Positions 39,001 to 48,667 are shown, counted from the first letter of the stretch. The stretch: DNA of 64,000 nucleotides from Basidiobolus meristosporus CBS 931.73 (GCA_002104905.1 MCFE01000043.1:137236-201235); one strand, 5' to 3'. Numbers and translations: made by a program. Notes: generated from the letters alone by a model not told the origin.

Positions 39001-40955
39001 ATGTCATCCAGGAAGATGATTACAGATTTGTCCAGGAGATCCTTGAGTATGTTGTTCATAATTGTCATGAATGTGGCTGGGGCATCAGTGAGACCAAAGC
39101 TGAGTACTGTGAACTCATAATGTCCATATCTTGTTCTAAAGGTGGATTTTGAGATGTCTTCTGGCTTAATTCTGACTTGATAATACCCTGAAGTTAAGTT
39201 AATTTTGCTGAATATCTTAGCTCCTTGTAATCTCTCTATTAGCTCTTGCACTTTTGACAGTGCATATCTATTCTTGACTGTTACTGAGTTGAGAGCTTGG
39301 TAGTCTACACACATTCTGAGTGAGCCATCTTTCTTTGGTACAAAGAGGATAAGAGATCCCCAAGGGGAATTGCTTGGCCTAATGAATGCCTGTTGCAGTA
39401 GCTTGGTTATTTGATTCTTCAGAGTATCCAGCTCCTTGGGACTTAGGCTGTAAATGGGTCTTACTACAGGCTTGGCTGTACTAGTGTTGATTTCATGATC
39501 CACTTCTCTAGCTGGAGGAAATTTGGTTAATTTTCCTGGAAGACCCTGGGGAACTTGCTGGCTAGATCTTGTAAGATCTTAGGGAAGTTTCTTGGGGTGA
39601 TTTCCTCACAGCATATGGGATGATGGTCAATGTCTAGCCGGGCTGCCTGGGTCATTTGGGTGGTGGTCATCAAAAATTTCCAAGTGCTTTTTTTTTTTCA
39701 CAAGGGCTGTGTATAACCTTCCTTTTATCCTTACTGGTAGATATACTAGCAGAGTGGATTGGCTTTGTGTTTGTGCTGTCATTGACTTGGCCAAATATAA
39801 TGTTTCCTTAGCTTGGAAGTGGTCATGGTCATAGCTTCCTAGTGCACCTGGCTGATCCATTAGATTTGCTTGGGAGTGCTCTGGTGAGTTCTTACAGGCG
39901 GTTCCTGCATGTTTTTCTTTCTGATCACTTTGTCTTTTTCTACAATCTTTGATGAAGTAACCAGATTTTCTACAGTAGTAACACCTGTACCATGTTTTTG
40001 AGTTACTAGGGTTGTCTGTCTGCTGTATGTGATCTAATTCCATGGGAGTGGGGCCTTTGGGGGTGTTCTGCAAATGATCTGGCCAGTTGTGCTGATTCTT
40101 CTAGGAGGATGTATGGTAGAAGTGTGGTTTGGTTGCCCATATGGAGTCATAGGTGATGGCATAGTGTATTGCTGCTTCTGTGGTTGTGGGGAACTTGTAG
40201 CTTACTTCTGCTTTTGTTCTTCCCTTGAGACCTTTTAAGAAGTAATGTATCCTATCTCCTTCTGCCATTTCAAAGACTTGTGCAAAGATGTTCTTGAAGT
40301 TTTGTACGTACTCCAATACACTATTTTTCTGTATGAGATTTTCTAGCTCAATTCTTAGTGTTCCTTGAAAGTTTGGGGAAGGAAGAAGCTTATGATTTTG
40401 GTATTAAAGGAGTCCCAACTGGGGAAAGCACAAGTGTTGCTTGCATTTGCTTGTAGTAACTTCCCTTGGTACCATGATTGAGCTGTGCCTTGTAAGTAAC
40501 TTCCTATGATGGCTATTTTCTTGTTGCCATCCATGACATTCTTTGCTTGGAACACCTGTTCCACTTGCACAATCCAGGCAGTTATATTCCCTCCAGTTTT
40601 ATCACTATAACTATTTAGGTGTATAGGGATTCTGGTATCTTGCCTGTTCATTTCGTTCTTCATTTTAGTACACAGTGTTAGCTGTGCCCAAAGGATACCT
40701 TCCAAGGTGTGTTGCCAAGTAGTAGATTCATCTGTGGGCATGTTTTCTTAATGGCTTCTACCAGTGATAATGTATAGCTGCTACCAAATGTTATGTCCTA
40801 AAAACGCAGATCGGAGTGATGAACTCTGGTTGTTTAATTCGACCAATTTCGGACTGTGAAAATCGACTGTCTTTATTTAAGGTGAATGTTCACTTTTTAT
40901 AGTTATTAGTTTGAAACACTTTCTTGCGGTTTGCGCGGGATTGTTGCATGATTCC
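36080..40955 (-). mobile_element. Ty3/Gypsy LTR retrotransposon, degenerate; right (5') LTR truncated
   Basis: LTR-like repeats start at 36080 and 40789 (tgttatgtcctaaaaacgcaga). PBS tggtagcagc (plus 40777-40786). Gag ORFs 40355-40741 and 40101-40316. Zinc knuckle CYYCRKSGYFIKDC and PTPMELD. RT 38646-39503 (LRMCVDYQALN, FLDDILIYS). RNaseH 38241-38627. Integrase 37178-37483 (WALDFIG, LTDRGANF). Confidence 0.93.
37571..37901 (+). mobile_element. Solo LTR, Copia family 1, nested in the Gypsy integrase, TSD CTTAA
   Basis: CTTAA at 37566-37570 and 37902-37906. tgttgtaaaa...cttacaca. Confidence 0.9.
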
Positions 40956-41017
40956 GACTCAAACCCACAATCCTCAGATTAGAAGTCTGATGCCTTATCC
41001 AATTAGGCCACGGGGGC
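40956..41017 (-). pseudogene. tRNA-Arg(TCT), 3'-truncated at the Gypsy LTR junction
   Basis: Matches 46181-46242 except TTCGA->TTTGA. The 3' end is replaced by LTR sequence. Confidence 0.85.
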
Positions 41018-41176
41018 ATTTCGTTCTTGTTCCCTTTGTTTTGCGTATAGATGTAAACTAAATGAAGTACTATCCGGTGATTCCCTTGTGACTCTAGTGA
41101 CTGTATTCTTATGACCGTCCAAATTTCTGCCAAACCTTAGCCAATTTTAAGTAACATTGGCTAAAAAAATAAAAAT

Positions 41177-41249
41177 TGCCGTCTCTGCGGATCGAACGCA
41201 GGACCTTCAGAACTTCAGTCTGACGCTCTCCCAACTGAGCTAAGACGGC
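41177..41249 (-). tRNA. trnF-GAA: tRNA-Phe(GAA)
   Basis: GCCGTCT..TCAGA CTGAAGT TCTGA..TTCGATC..AGACGGC A. Full cloverleaf, oligo-T terminator. Confidence 0.93.
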
Positions 41250-41487
41250 TATACATTTGCTTGAATATTGAGTATGAATTAGTTGGCTAATAGTGTAAGA
41301 TAGTGTCATCACTACCTTGGGCAAGCCCTGTTTGCCTTAGTATCTGCAATACATCCCGTAGTCATGGCATACTCTGGATAATAGTTATTTTAATGAATCG
41401 CAGTAACCCGTATGGATTTTGTACTACTTAGCCCCTTTGTAACTACTAAGGAGATATATCTGATCAAGATTTGGTTGCAAGCGTATT

Positions 41488-41561
41488 GCTCTTGTGGCGC
41501 AATTGGCTAGCGCGTCTGACTGTTAATCAGGAGGTTGGTGGTTCAAGCCCACCCAGGAGCG
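41488..41561 (+). tRNA. trnN-GTT: tRNA-Asn(GTT)
   Basis: GCTCTTG..CTGTTAA..GGTTCAAGCCC..CAGGAGC G. Confidence 0.95.
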
Positions 41562-41782
41562 ATTACCTTTTGCTTGAAGCTTTAGCACTCCCTTTTTTGC
41601 CATTCGGCTGGAAACGGGTTAGGAGTCTGGGGTATATTTGTATGTGCCACACACATGTTACTGTCAACTATCTATTTTAATGAATGTACTTGAATACTGA
41701 AGCGAAGAGCTGCACCGCCATTATCCAAGGAGTAAAACTCAAAACTTCTCAGCCAACTAATGTAGCTGGGACAAAACAAGAC

Positions 41783-41868
41783 TCCGAACACCCGGATTTG
41801 AACCAGGGACCTAAAGATTGCTATGGTAACACTACAGTCTTCCGCTCTACCAACTGAGCTATGTTCGG
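41783..41868 (-). tRNA. trnY-GTA: tRNA-Tyr(GTA) with a 13-nt intron after position 37
   Basis: CCGAACA..GAAGA CTGTAG[tgttaccatagca]A TCTTT..TTCAAAT..TGTTCGG A. Confidence 0.92.
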
Positions 41869-41968
41869 GAGTTCACGGGAGTGGGAACCAATATCAATGA
41901 TAGACTAGATGTTTCAAATAATTGCAGCATTCCCATACATTCCTTTATAACATCTGGAACGTGAAAAT

Positions 41969-42051
41969 GGAGAGATGGCCGAGTTGGTCTAAGGCGTCAC
42001 GTTAAGGCCGTGATCTCTTCGGAGGCGTGGGTTCGAATCCCACTCTCTTCA
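41969..42051 (+). tRNA. trnL-AAG: tRNA-Leu(AAG)
   Basis: TCACG TTAAGGC CGTGA, long variable arm, GGTTCGAATCC. Confidence 0.95.
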
Positions 42052-42302
42052 TTAGTTTTTGCGCTCTTCTTTTTCCCGGTATTTCTCTTGACCTTTGGGA
42101 TGTACACCACCGGTGATCAGGTAGAGCAACAATTTTATGACATGGCCACTTCACTATATGGATAGCCACTATGATTATGCTCAGTTTAGGCATTGATATG
42201 ATTGATTTGCCCGCACAGCATTGATGGATATCTTGGCAAATCCCCACGCATACAAAAAAAACCAGCAGCAGCACCTACATTCAAGTAGAGCCGTTGGCAA
42301 AA

Positions 42303-42375
42303 TGCCTTCTGCCGGAATTGAACCAGCGACCTTCTGCTTACTAGGCAGACGCTCTGCCAACTGAGCCAAGAAGGC
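42303..42375 (-). tRNA. trnT-AGT: tRNA-Thr(AGT)
   Basis: GCCTTCT..TCTGC CTAGTAA GCAGA..AGAAGGC A. Confidence 0.95.
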
Positions 42376-42942
42376 AATATGTCTGAGCGCACTAGATGGG
42401 CTCTATGAGGAAAATACCTAAGCAAGAGTCTTATTCTATAAAGCTATTTGGGGTGATAAACTGATGTAGCACCAGAGCCATGATGTCAGAAGGTAGGGCG
42501 GCATGATTGTGCGCAACAACGATAGGTTCGAATTGCAGTTGGACATACCCTACGGAGTGGCTAACCAGATGATAAACCGTAAGGCGGTTATGCCAAAAGT
42601 TTTGGCAGCCAGCAGTGTTGTTTTGAGGGGCAGTTTAGCCTTGATATTTTGCATTGATTAACTAACCCTAATCAAAGGAGGAAACATGCACATTCCTGGA
42701 GCTTCGGGTATATGACTCGGCCATCCAAGTCCTTTTTCTGTTTTGTCAGCTTTATGGTGAGTAAGGTAAGAAGCAACACCTGCGTCCAAGCAGGCACATA
42801 ACTCCTACTCTTGCCATTCCCAGCAAAACAGCAACGATACAGTAAGCCAGATGCAGCTAGCCAACAAAAGAATGAAACGTATTATCTCATACGTCAAAGT
42901 ATTGCTCAAAGAAAGGAAATCGCAAAGACACCTACAGCAAAA

Positions 42943-43013
42943 TGCATACTCGGGGAATCGAACCCCGGTCTACCGCGTGGCAGGCGGTAATTATACCACT
43001 AAACCAAGTATGC
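42943..43013 (-). tRNA. trnG-GCC: tRNA-Gly(GCC)
   Basis: GCATACT..ACCGC CTGCCAC GCGGT..CGGGG TTCGATT CCCCG AGTATGC A. Confidence 0.95.
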
Positions 43014-43139
43014 AATTACAATAGGGGGGCGGAAAGGTAGTTCATGATAACATTCAGGGGAAGCAGTGCGCAACTTTGGATGTCACCACCAAAGGCTAAA
43101 GAGATTCATAGTCTACCAGCTGGCAAGTATATGCTATAA

Positions 43140-43212
43140 GGGCGTATGGCCAAATGGATAAGGCGCCTGACTACGGATCAGGAGATTCCAGGTTCGATCC
43201 CTGGTATGCTCG
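43140..43212 (+). tRNA. trnR-ACG: tRNA-Arg(ACG)
   Basis: GGGCGTA..CCTGA CTACGGA TCAGG..CCAGG TTCGATC CCTGG TATGCTC G. Confidence 0.95.
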
Positions 43213-43420
43213 TTATTTTGCAACCAACATTTTGTAGTCTACAACTATGAGAAAATGTTACATGCAATGAATCAATGAAATACCATTGAAGGAGAGGTCA
43301 ATTCATCAAGTGTGCCGAGTTCTTAGTCACAAAAGCATAACGTTGGTGAATAAAATATTGGCTTATCTAGCCAAACATAGAGTGTACTTAGTCAAGAACG
43401 TATTTAAATTCAAAAAGGTT

Positions 43421-43492
43421 TTCCCCATCGGGGAATCGAACCCCGGCCGTCTCGGTGAGAGCGAGAAATCCTAACCACTGGACCAATGAGGA
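43421..43492 (-). tRNA. trnE-CTC: tRNA-Glu(CTC)
   Basis: TCCTCAT..TCTCG CTCTCAC CGAGA..ATGGGGA A. Confidence 0.95.
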
Positions 43493-43786
43493 CTTGTTGA
43501 TGATACTACTATATGTTTATCTCTTAGTGAACTCGCCATAGTAATAGCACTTACCTAGGCTTAGTGCAAACCGATTGCTACATTGTGAATCTGGGCGTGT
43601 GCCTCCCAGTTGGAATCTTGCATTTTAGACCATCAATTCTATATCAAAACAGTAAGATACTCCGGAAGCAACGCAACTTAAGAGTGTATGTATTCGCATA
43701 CCTCGCATACCAAGGGTTAAGAAGTGTGTAAAGTAGATGCCCTTTGCACATTACTAAATAAGCAAATATTTGTATGTTATCGAACA

Positions 43787-43860
43787 GCTCGCATAGCTCA
43801 GTTGGTTAGAGCGTGGTGCTAATAACGCCAAGGTCGCAGGTTCGACCCCTGCTGTGAGCA
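43787..43860 (+). tRNA. trnI-AAT: tRNA-Ile(AAT)
   Basis: GCTCGCA..TGGTG CTAATAA CGCCA..TGTGAGC A. Confidence 0.95.
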
Positions 43861-44033
43861 AATTTCCTTTTTCGTTTTTTCCTTGCTAACTCATTTCCCT
43901 CAAGTTATCGTCGAAATAGATACATACACAAGTGTACTTTCACAAAGTTGTTGTTTAGTGGCTTTGTTATATTGTATGCTGATAAACACTTGGTAGAAAT
44001 ATACAGTTTATTCTTTATTTTATCGTAACTAAT

Positions 44034-44105
44034 TCTCAGATAGTATAGTGGTAAGTATCCCCGCCTGTCACGCGGGAGACCCGGGTTCAATTCCCGGTCT
44101 GAGAG
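44034..44105 (+). tRNA. trnD-GTC: tRNA-Asp(GTC)
   Basis: TCTCAGA..CCCGC CTGTCAC GCGGG..TCTGAGA G, then TTTTT. Confidence 0.95.
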
Positions 44106-44464
44106 CTTTTTACATGCCACTCTAAGTATAGTAGTATAGGCAGTAGCAATATTTTATTACTCGATAACCCGTTTATTTGAAAATACATAGATAATGTTTT
44201 TACAACAGTATTTCTGCCTCATATATATATATATACATGTATGTGCCTCCGTTTGCATCTTGGACCATAGTTATAGGATATGGATCTTTACTGGGAATCG
44301 TACCAAAGATTTCACCCACACAAAGAGCGAGTATACCGCCAAATCCTCAAGGCAATACCACCCTAACAAGATGCACAATACACTATCGGTCATTTTACAA
44401 AAGTCCTCAAGAATACACCAGTACCTAGCAATATCACCACTACTCCAGAAAGCCTAATATAAAT

Positions 44465-44537
44465 GGGGGTCTAGCTCAGATGGTAGAGCGCTCGCTTAGC
44501 ATGCGAGAGGCACTGGGATCGATACCCAGGTCCTCCA
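44465..44537 (+). tRNA. trnA-AGC: tRNA-Ala(AGC)
   Basis: G3:U70 identity pair, CTCGC TTAGCAT GCGAG, eukaryotic ATCGA T-loop. Confidence 0.95.
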
Positions 44538-44654
44538 TTTTTGCCATGTTGCAGTAAAGAATTTTAATATTTGCAGCAATGCTATTTTCCATTCGCTCAA
44601 AGCCATTCATTTATATTTATCTCGGGCATAAAAAAACTGTTAAAGTGTGTAAAA

Positions 44655-44726
44655 AGGACGCAGGCGGATTTGAACCACCGACCTATTGATCTGCAGTCAA
44701 TTGCTCTACCACTGAGCTATACGTCC
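44655..44726 (-). tRNA. trnC-GCA: tRNA-Cys(GCA)
   Basis: GGACGTA..ATTGA CTGCAGA TCAAT..TGCGTCC T. Confidence 0.95.
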
Positions 44727-44850
44727 GTTACTTGGAGGGCTAATATTATACAGATTCACATATCCGTGAATGCAACAATGATCTGTCAATCTCATCAATT
44801 GCCGTTTGAAAAGTAAATCGATCAAAAGCGGATCAAGGCAAAAGTATAAG

Positions 44851-44923
44851 CACCCAACGTGGGGGTCGAACCCACAACCTTGAGATTAAGAGTCTCACGC
44901 TCTACCGATTGAGCTAGCCGGGC
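44851..44923 (-). tRNA. trnK-CTT: tRNA-Lys(CTT)
   Basis: GCCCGGC..TGAGA CTCTTAA TCTCA..GTTGGGT G. Confidence 0.95.
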
Positions 44924-45200
44924 CACGTGGCTGTATGTGTAAAAGCTTAGTTATATTCCTTTTGTTTGCTTGAAAAGACCTGCGACCATTAATGCATAGC
45001 ATAAAATCATACCACCTATATAGACATATATACTTCATCCCAAGGGATTTTCGAATATCTACGATATTTCACTGTGTGAAACAGACACCCAGAGCATGGT
45101 ACTGCATATATTAGGAGAACCTGAGGTATAGAATCACCGCACAATTGTTGTTTTGTAATGCATAGTAACAACACAGAGTAAAAAAAATATCAAAAGAAAC

Positions 45201-45273
45201 TGCTCCCTGCCAGGATCGAACTGGCGACCTTCAGATTATGAGACTAACGCGCTGCCAACTGCGCTAAGGAAGC
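45201..45273 (-). tRNA. trnM-CAT: tRNA-Met(CAT), elongator
   Basis: GCTTCCT..TTAGT CTCATAA TCTGA (U31:U39), TTCGA T-loop. Confidence 0.93.
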
Positions 45274-45442
45274 ATGTATACCGGGGATATCTTATATCAA
45301 TATATTACAAGCTCCAGACTATTTTGCGTGATTTAATACCCCACGGTAGGGTAGCAATAATCATTCAGGAGGTACAACATTGTGCCAGCAAAATTCAAAC
45401 AACATTAAAAATGAGCCTTTACAACGTAGTTGAATGCAAAAG

Positions 45443-45514
45443 TTCCCCATCGGGGAATCGAACCCCGGCCGTCTCGGTGAAAGCGAGAAATCCTAACCAC
45501 TGGACCAATGAGGA
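45443..45514 (-). tRNA. trnE-TTC: tRNA-Glu(TTC)
   Basis: Identical to 43421-43492 except at anticodon position 34. Confidence 0.95.
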
Positions 45515-45857
45515 ATACATGAAAACATTCTAACTACAATGCTGTGTTAATGTGTAAGTGTAATGTTGCACAGCAGTTCGATCGTTAATACATCCCTTTG
45601 CTAGGTCTATTTCGCATGATGAAAATTGCACCCTTGGCAGTACAATAAGTTATTGTGTGTGAGTGCTTAGAAGCCTCTGGTCAAGGTAAAGGCTTCTAGC
45701 ATATACGGCAAGTTCTTGGGCAAGATTTGATTGCAGATTCTGTAAAGAGAAGCAATAAGTATACATATTCTTCAACTCCTATTTAGCATTCACACATTTT
45801 CATGGTATAAATGTAATAGCGACACTCATACATTTGAGGAGTCAGCAAAAGATTAGA

Positions 45858-45929
45858 TAGCAGCGAGAGGTTTCGATCCTCCGACCTCGGGGTTATGAGC
45901 CCCGCGCGCTTCCTCTGCGCTACGCTGCT
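45858..45929 (-). tRNA. trnMi-CAT: Initiator tRNA-Met(CAT)
   Basis: A1:U72, G-run anticodon stem CGGGG/CCCCG, ATCGAAA T-loop (A54, A60). Confidence 0.95.
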
Positions 45930-46169
45930 TTGTTGAATATCTAAGACAAAGACGCCCTTTGACCCTTTGGTAGGACTGTATTACAATCTGATATTTTGAC
46001 TGTGCCCATGCACGCATACCTCCAGTTTAAATAGTATACAAACTGTAACCATTCAAAAGGGTATGATTCACACCTCTGAAATGGCTCTTCCTACCCAATC
46101 CTATAAAACACATGTCAAGCAACAAAAGACTCTTGATGCCGACCAGTAATCAGTACAAAAAGAGAAAGC

Positions 46170-46242
46170 CACCCCGGTGGGACTCGAACCCACAATCCTC
46201 AGATTAGAAGTCTGATGCCTTATCCAATTAGGCCACGGGGGC
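46170..46242 (-). tRNA. trnR-TCT: tRNA-Arg(TCT)
   Basis: GCCCCCG..TCAGA CTTCTAA TCTGA..GTGGG TTCGAGT CCCAC. The top two acceptor pairs mismatch, which would be explained by one missing G in a homopolymer. Confidence 0.8.
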
Positions 46243-46401
46243 ATTTCGTTCTTGTTCCCTTTGTTTTGCGTATAGATGTAAACTAAATGAAGTACTATCC
46301 GGTGATTCCCTTGTGACTCTAGTGACTGTATTCTTATGACCGTCCAAATTTCTGCCAAACCTTAGCCAATTTTGAGTAACATTGGCTAAAAAAATAAAAA
46401 T

Positions 46402-46474
46402 TGCCATCTCTGCAGATCAAACGCAGGACCTTTGGAACTTCAGTCTAATGCTCTTCCAACTGAGCTAAGGCGGC
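46402..46474 (-). pseudogene. tRNA-Phe pseudogene (copy 2)
   Basis: Several CpG transitions plus anticodon-stem changes relative to 41177-41249. Confidence 0.85.
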
Positions 46475-46712
46475 TATACATTTGCTTGAATATTGAGTAT
46501 GAATTAGTTGGCTAATAGTGTAAGATAGTGTCATCACTACCTTGGGCAAGCCCTGTTTGCCTTAGTATCTGCAATACATCCCGTAGTCATGGCATACTCT
46601 GGATAATAGTTATTTTAATGAATTGCAGTAACCTGTATGGATTTTGTACTACTTAGCCCCTTTGTAACTACTAAGGAGATATATCTGATCAAGATTTGGT
46701 TGCAAGCGTTTT

Positions 46713-46786
46713 GCTCTTGTGGCGCAATTGGCTAGCGCATTTGACTGTTAATCAGGAGGTTGGTGGCTCAAGCCCACCCAGGAGTG
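46713..46786 (+). pseudogene. tRNA-Asn probable pseudogene (copy 2)
   Basis: B-box GGTTC->GGCTC plus stem substitutions. Confidence 0.75.
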
Positions 46787-47007
46787 ATTACCTTTTGCTT
46801 GAAGCTTTAGCACTCCCTTTTTTGCTATTCAGCTGGAAACGGGTTAGGAGTCTGGGGTATATTTGCATGTGCCACACACATGTTACTGTCAACTATCTAT
46901 TTTAATGAATGCACTTGAATACTGAAGCAAAGAGCTGCACCGCCATTATCCAAGGAGTAAAACTTAAAACTTCTCAGCCAACTAATGTAGCTGGGACAGA
47001 ACAAGAC

Positions 47008-47093
47008 TCCAAACACCTGGATTTGGACCAGGGACCTAAAGATTGCTATGGTAACACTACAGTCTTCTGCTTTACCAACTGAGCTATGTTTGG
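47008..47093 (-). pseudogene. tRNA-Tyr pseudogene (copy 2)
   Basis: CpG transitions in both acceptor strands and in the T and D arms; T-loop altered. Confidence 0.85.
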
Positions 47094-47193
47094 GAGTTCA
47101 CGGGAGTGAGAACCAATATCAATGATAAGCTAAATTTTTCAACTAATTGCAGCATTCCCATAGATTCCTTTATAACATCCGGAACATGAAAAT

Positions 47194-47276
47194 GAGGAGA
47201 TGGACAAGTTGGTCTAAGGTGTCACATTAAGGCCGTGATCTCTTTGGAGGCGTGGGTTTGAATCCCACTCTTTTCA
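47194..47276 (+). pseudogene. tRNA-Leu pseudogene (copy 2)
   Basis: GGTTCGA->GGTTTGA plus several stem changes. Confidence 0.85.
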
Positions 47277-47523
47277 TTAGTTTTTGCTCTCTTCTTTTTC
47301 CTGGTATTTCTCATGACCTTTGGGATGTACACCACCGGTGATTGGGTAGAGCAACAATTTTATGACATGGCCACTTCACTATATGGATAGCCACTATGAT
47401 TATGCTCAGTTTAGGCATTGATATGATTGATTTGCCTGCACAGCATTGATGGATATCTTGGCAAATCCCCATGCATACAAAAAAACCAGCAGCACCTACA
47501 TTCAAGTAGAGCCCTTGGCAAAA

Positions 47524-47596
47524 TGCCTTCTGCCGGAATTCTACCAGCAACCTTCTGCTTACTAGGCATATGCTCTGCCAACTGAGCCAAGAAGGC
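47524..47596 (-). pseudogene. tRNA-Thr pseudogene (copy 2)
   Basis: T-loop changed (gaattgaacc->gaattctacc) plus CpG transitions. Confidence 0.85.
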
Positions 47597-48117
47597 AATA
47601 TGTCTGAGCATACTAGATGGGCTCTATGAGGAAAATACCTAAGCAAGAGTCTTATTCTATAAAGCTATTTGGGGTGATAAACTGATGTAACACCAGAGCC
47701 ATGATGTCAGAAGGTAGGGCGGCATGATTGTGCGCAACAATGATAGGTTTGAATTGCAGTTGGACATACCCTACAGAGTGGCTAACCAGATGATAAACTG
47801 TAAGGCAGTTTAGCCTTGATATTTTGCATTGATTAACTAACCCTAATCAAAGGAGGAAACATGCACATTCCTGGAGCTTTGGGTATATGACTTGGCCATC
47901 TAAGTCCTTTTTCTGTTTTGTCAGCTTTATGGTGAGTAAGGTAAGAAGCAACACCTGTGTCCAAGCAGGCACATAACTCCTACTCTTGCCATTCCCAGCA
48001 AAACAGCAACAATACAGTAAGCCAGATGCAGCTAGCCAACAAAATAATGAAACATATTATCTCATGCGTCAAAGTATTGCTCAAAGAAAGGAAATTGCAA
48101 AGACACTTACAGCAAAA

Positions 48118-48188
48118 TGCATACTTGGGGAATTGAACCCTGGTCTACCGTGTGGCTGGTGGTAATTATACCACTAAACCAAGTATGC
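48118..48188 (-). pseudogene. tRNA-Gly pseudogene (copy 2)
   Basis: 5 of 6 CpGs converted plus one other change. Confidence 0.85.
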
Positions 48189-48314
48189 AATTACAATAGG
48201 GGGGCGGAAAGGTAGTTCATGATAATATTCAGGGGAAGCAGTGCACAACTTTGGATGTCACCACCAAAGGCTAAAGAGATTCATAGTCTACCAGCTGGCA
48301 AGTATATGCTATAA

Positions 48315-48387
48315 GGGTGTATGGGCAAATGGATAAGGTGCCTGATTACAGATCAGGAGATTCCAGGTTCAATCCCTGGTATGCTTG
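48315..48387 (+). pseudogene. tRNA-Arg(ACG)-derived pseudogene, anticodon ACA (copy 2)
   Basis: All 5 CpGs converted; D-stem and C32 changes. Confidence 0.85.
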
Positions 48388-48595
48388 CTATTATGCAACC
48401 AACATTTTGTAGTCTACAACTATGAGAAAATGTTACATGCAATGAATCAATGAAATACCATTGAAGGAGAGGTCAATTCATCAAGTGTGCCAAGTTCTTA
48501 GTCACAAAAGCATAACGTTGGTGAATAAAATATTGGCTTATCTAGCCAAACATACAGTGTACTTAGTCAAGAACGTATTTAAATTCAAAAAGGTT

Positions 48596-48667
48596 TTCCC
48601 CATCAGGGAATCAAACCCCGGCCGTCTCAGTGAGAGCAAGAAATCCTAACCACTGGACCAATGAGGA
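48596..48667 (-). pseudogene. tRNA-Glu(CTC) pseudogene (copy 2); the array ends here
   Basis: CpG transitions. The upstream flank is replaced by foldback sequence from 48669. Confidence 0.85.

Noticed and set aside
42376-42942. 5S rRNA, U6, RNase P/MRP or U3 within the array spacer
   Set aside because: No conserved boxes found by eye (no ACAGAGA, no CR-I/CR-V, no 5S motifs).
42186-43474. Short ORFs overlapping the tRNA array and duplicated in copy 2
   Set aside because: They run across tRNA genes and are similar only because the unit is duplicated.
46168-46176. Unusual mismatched acceptor stem of tRNA-Arg(TCT) suggesting editing
   Set aside because: More simply a single-base homopolymer deletion (mutation or sequencing error); cannot be resolved without reads.
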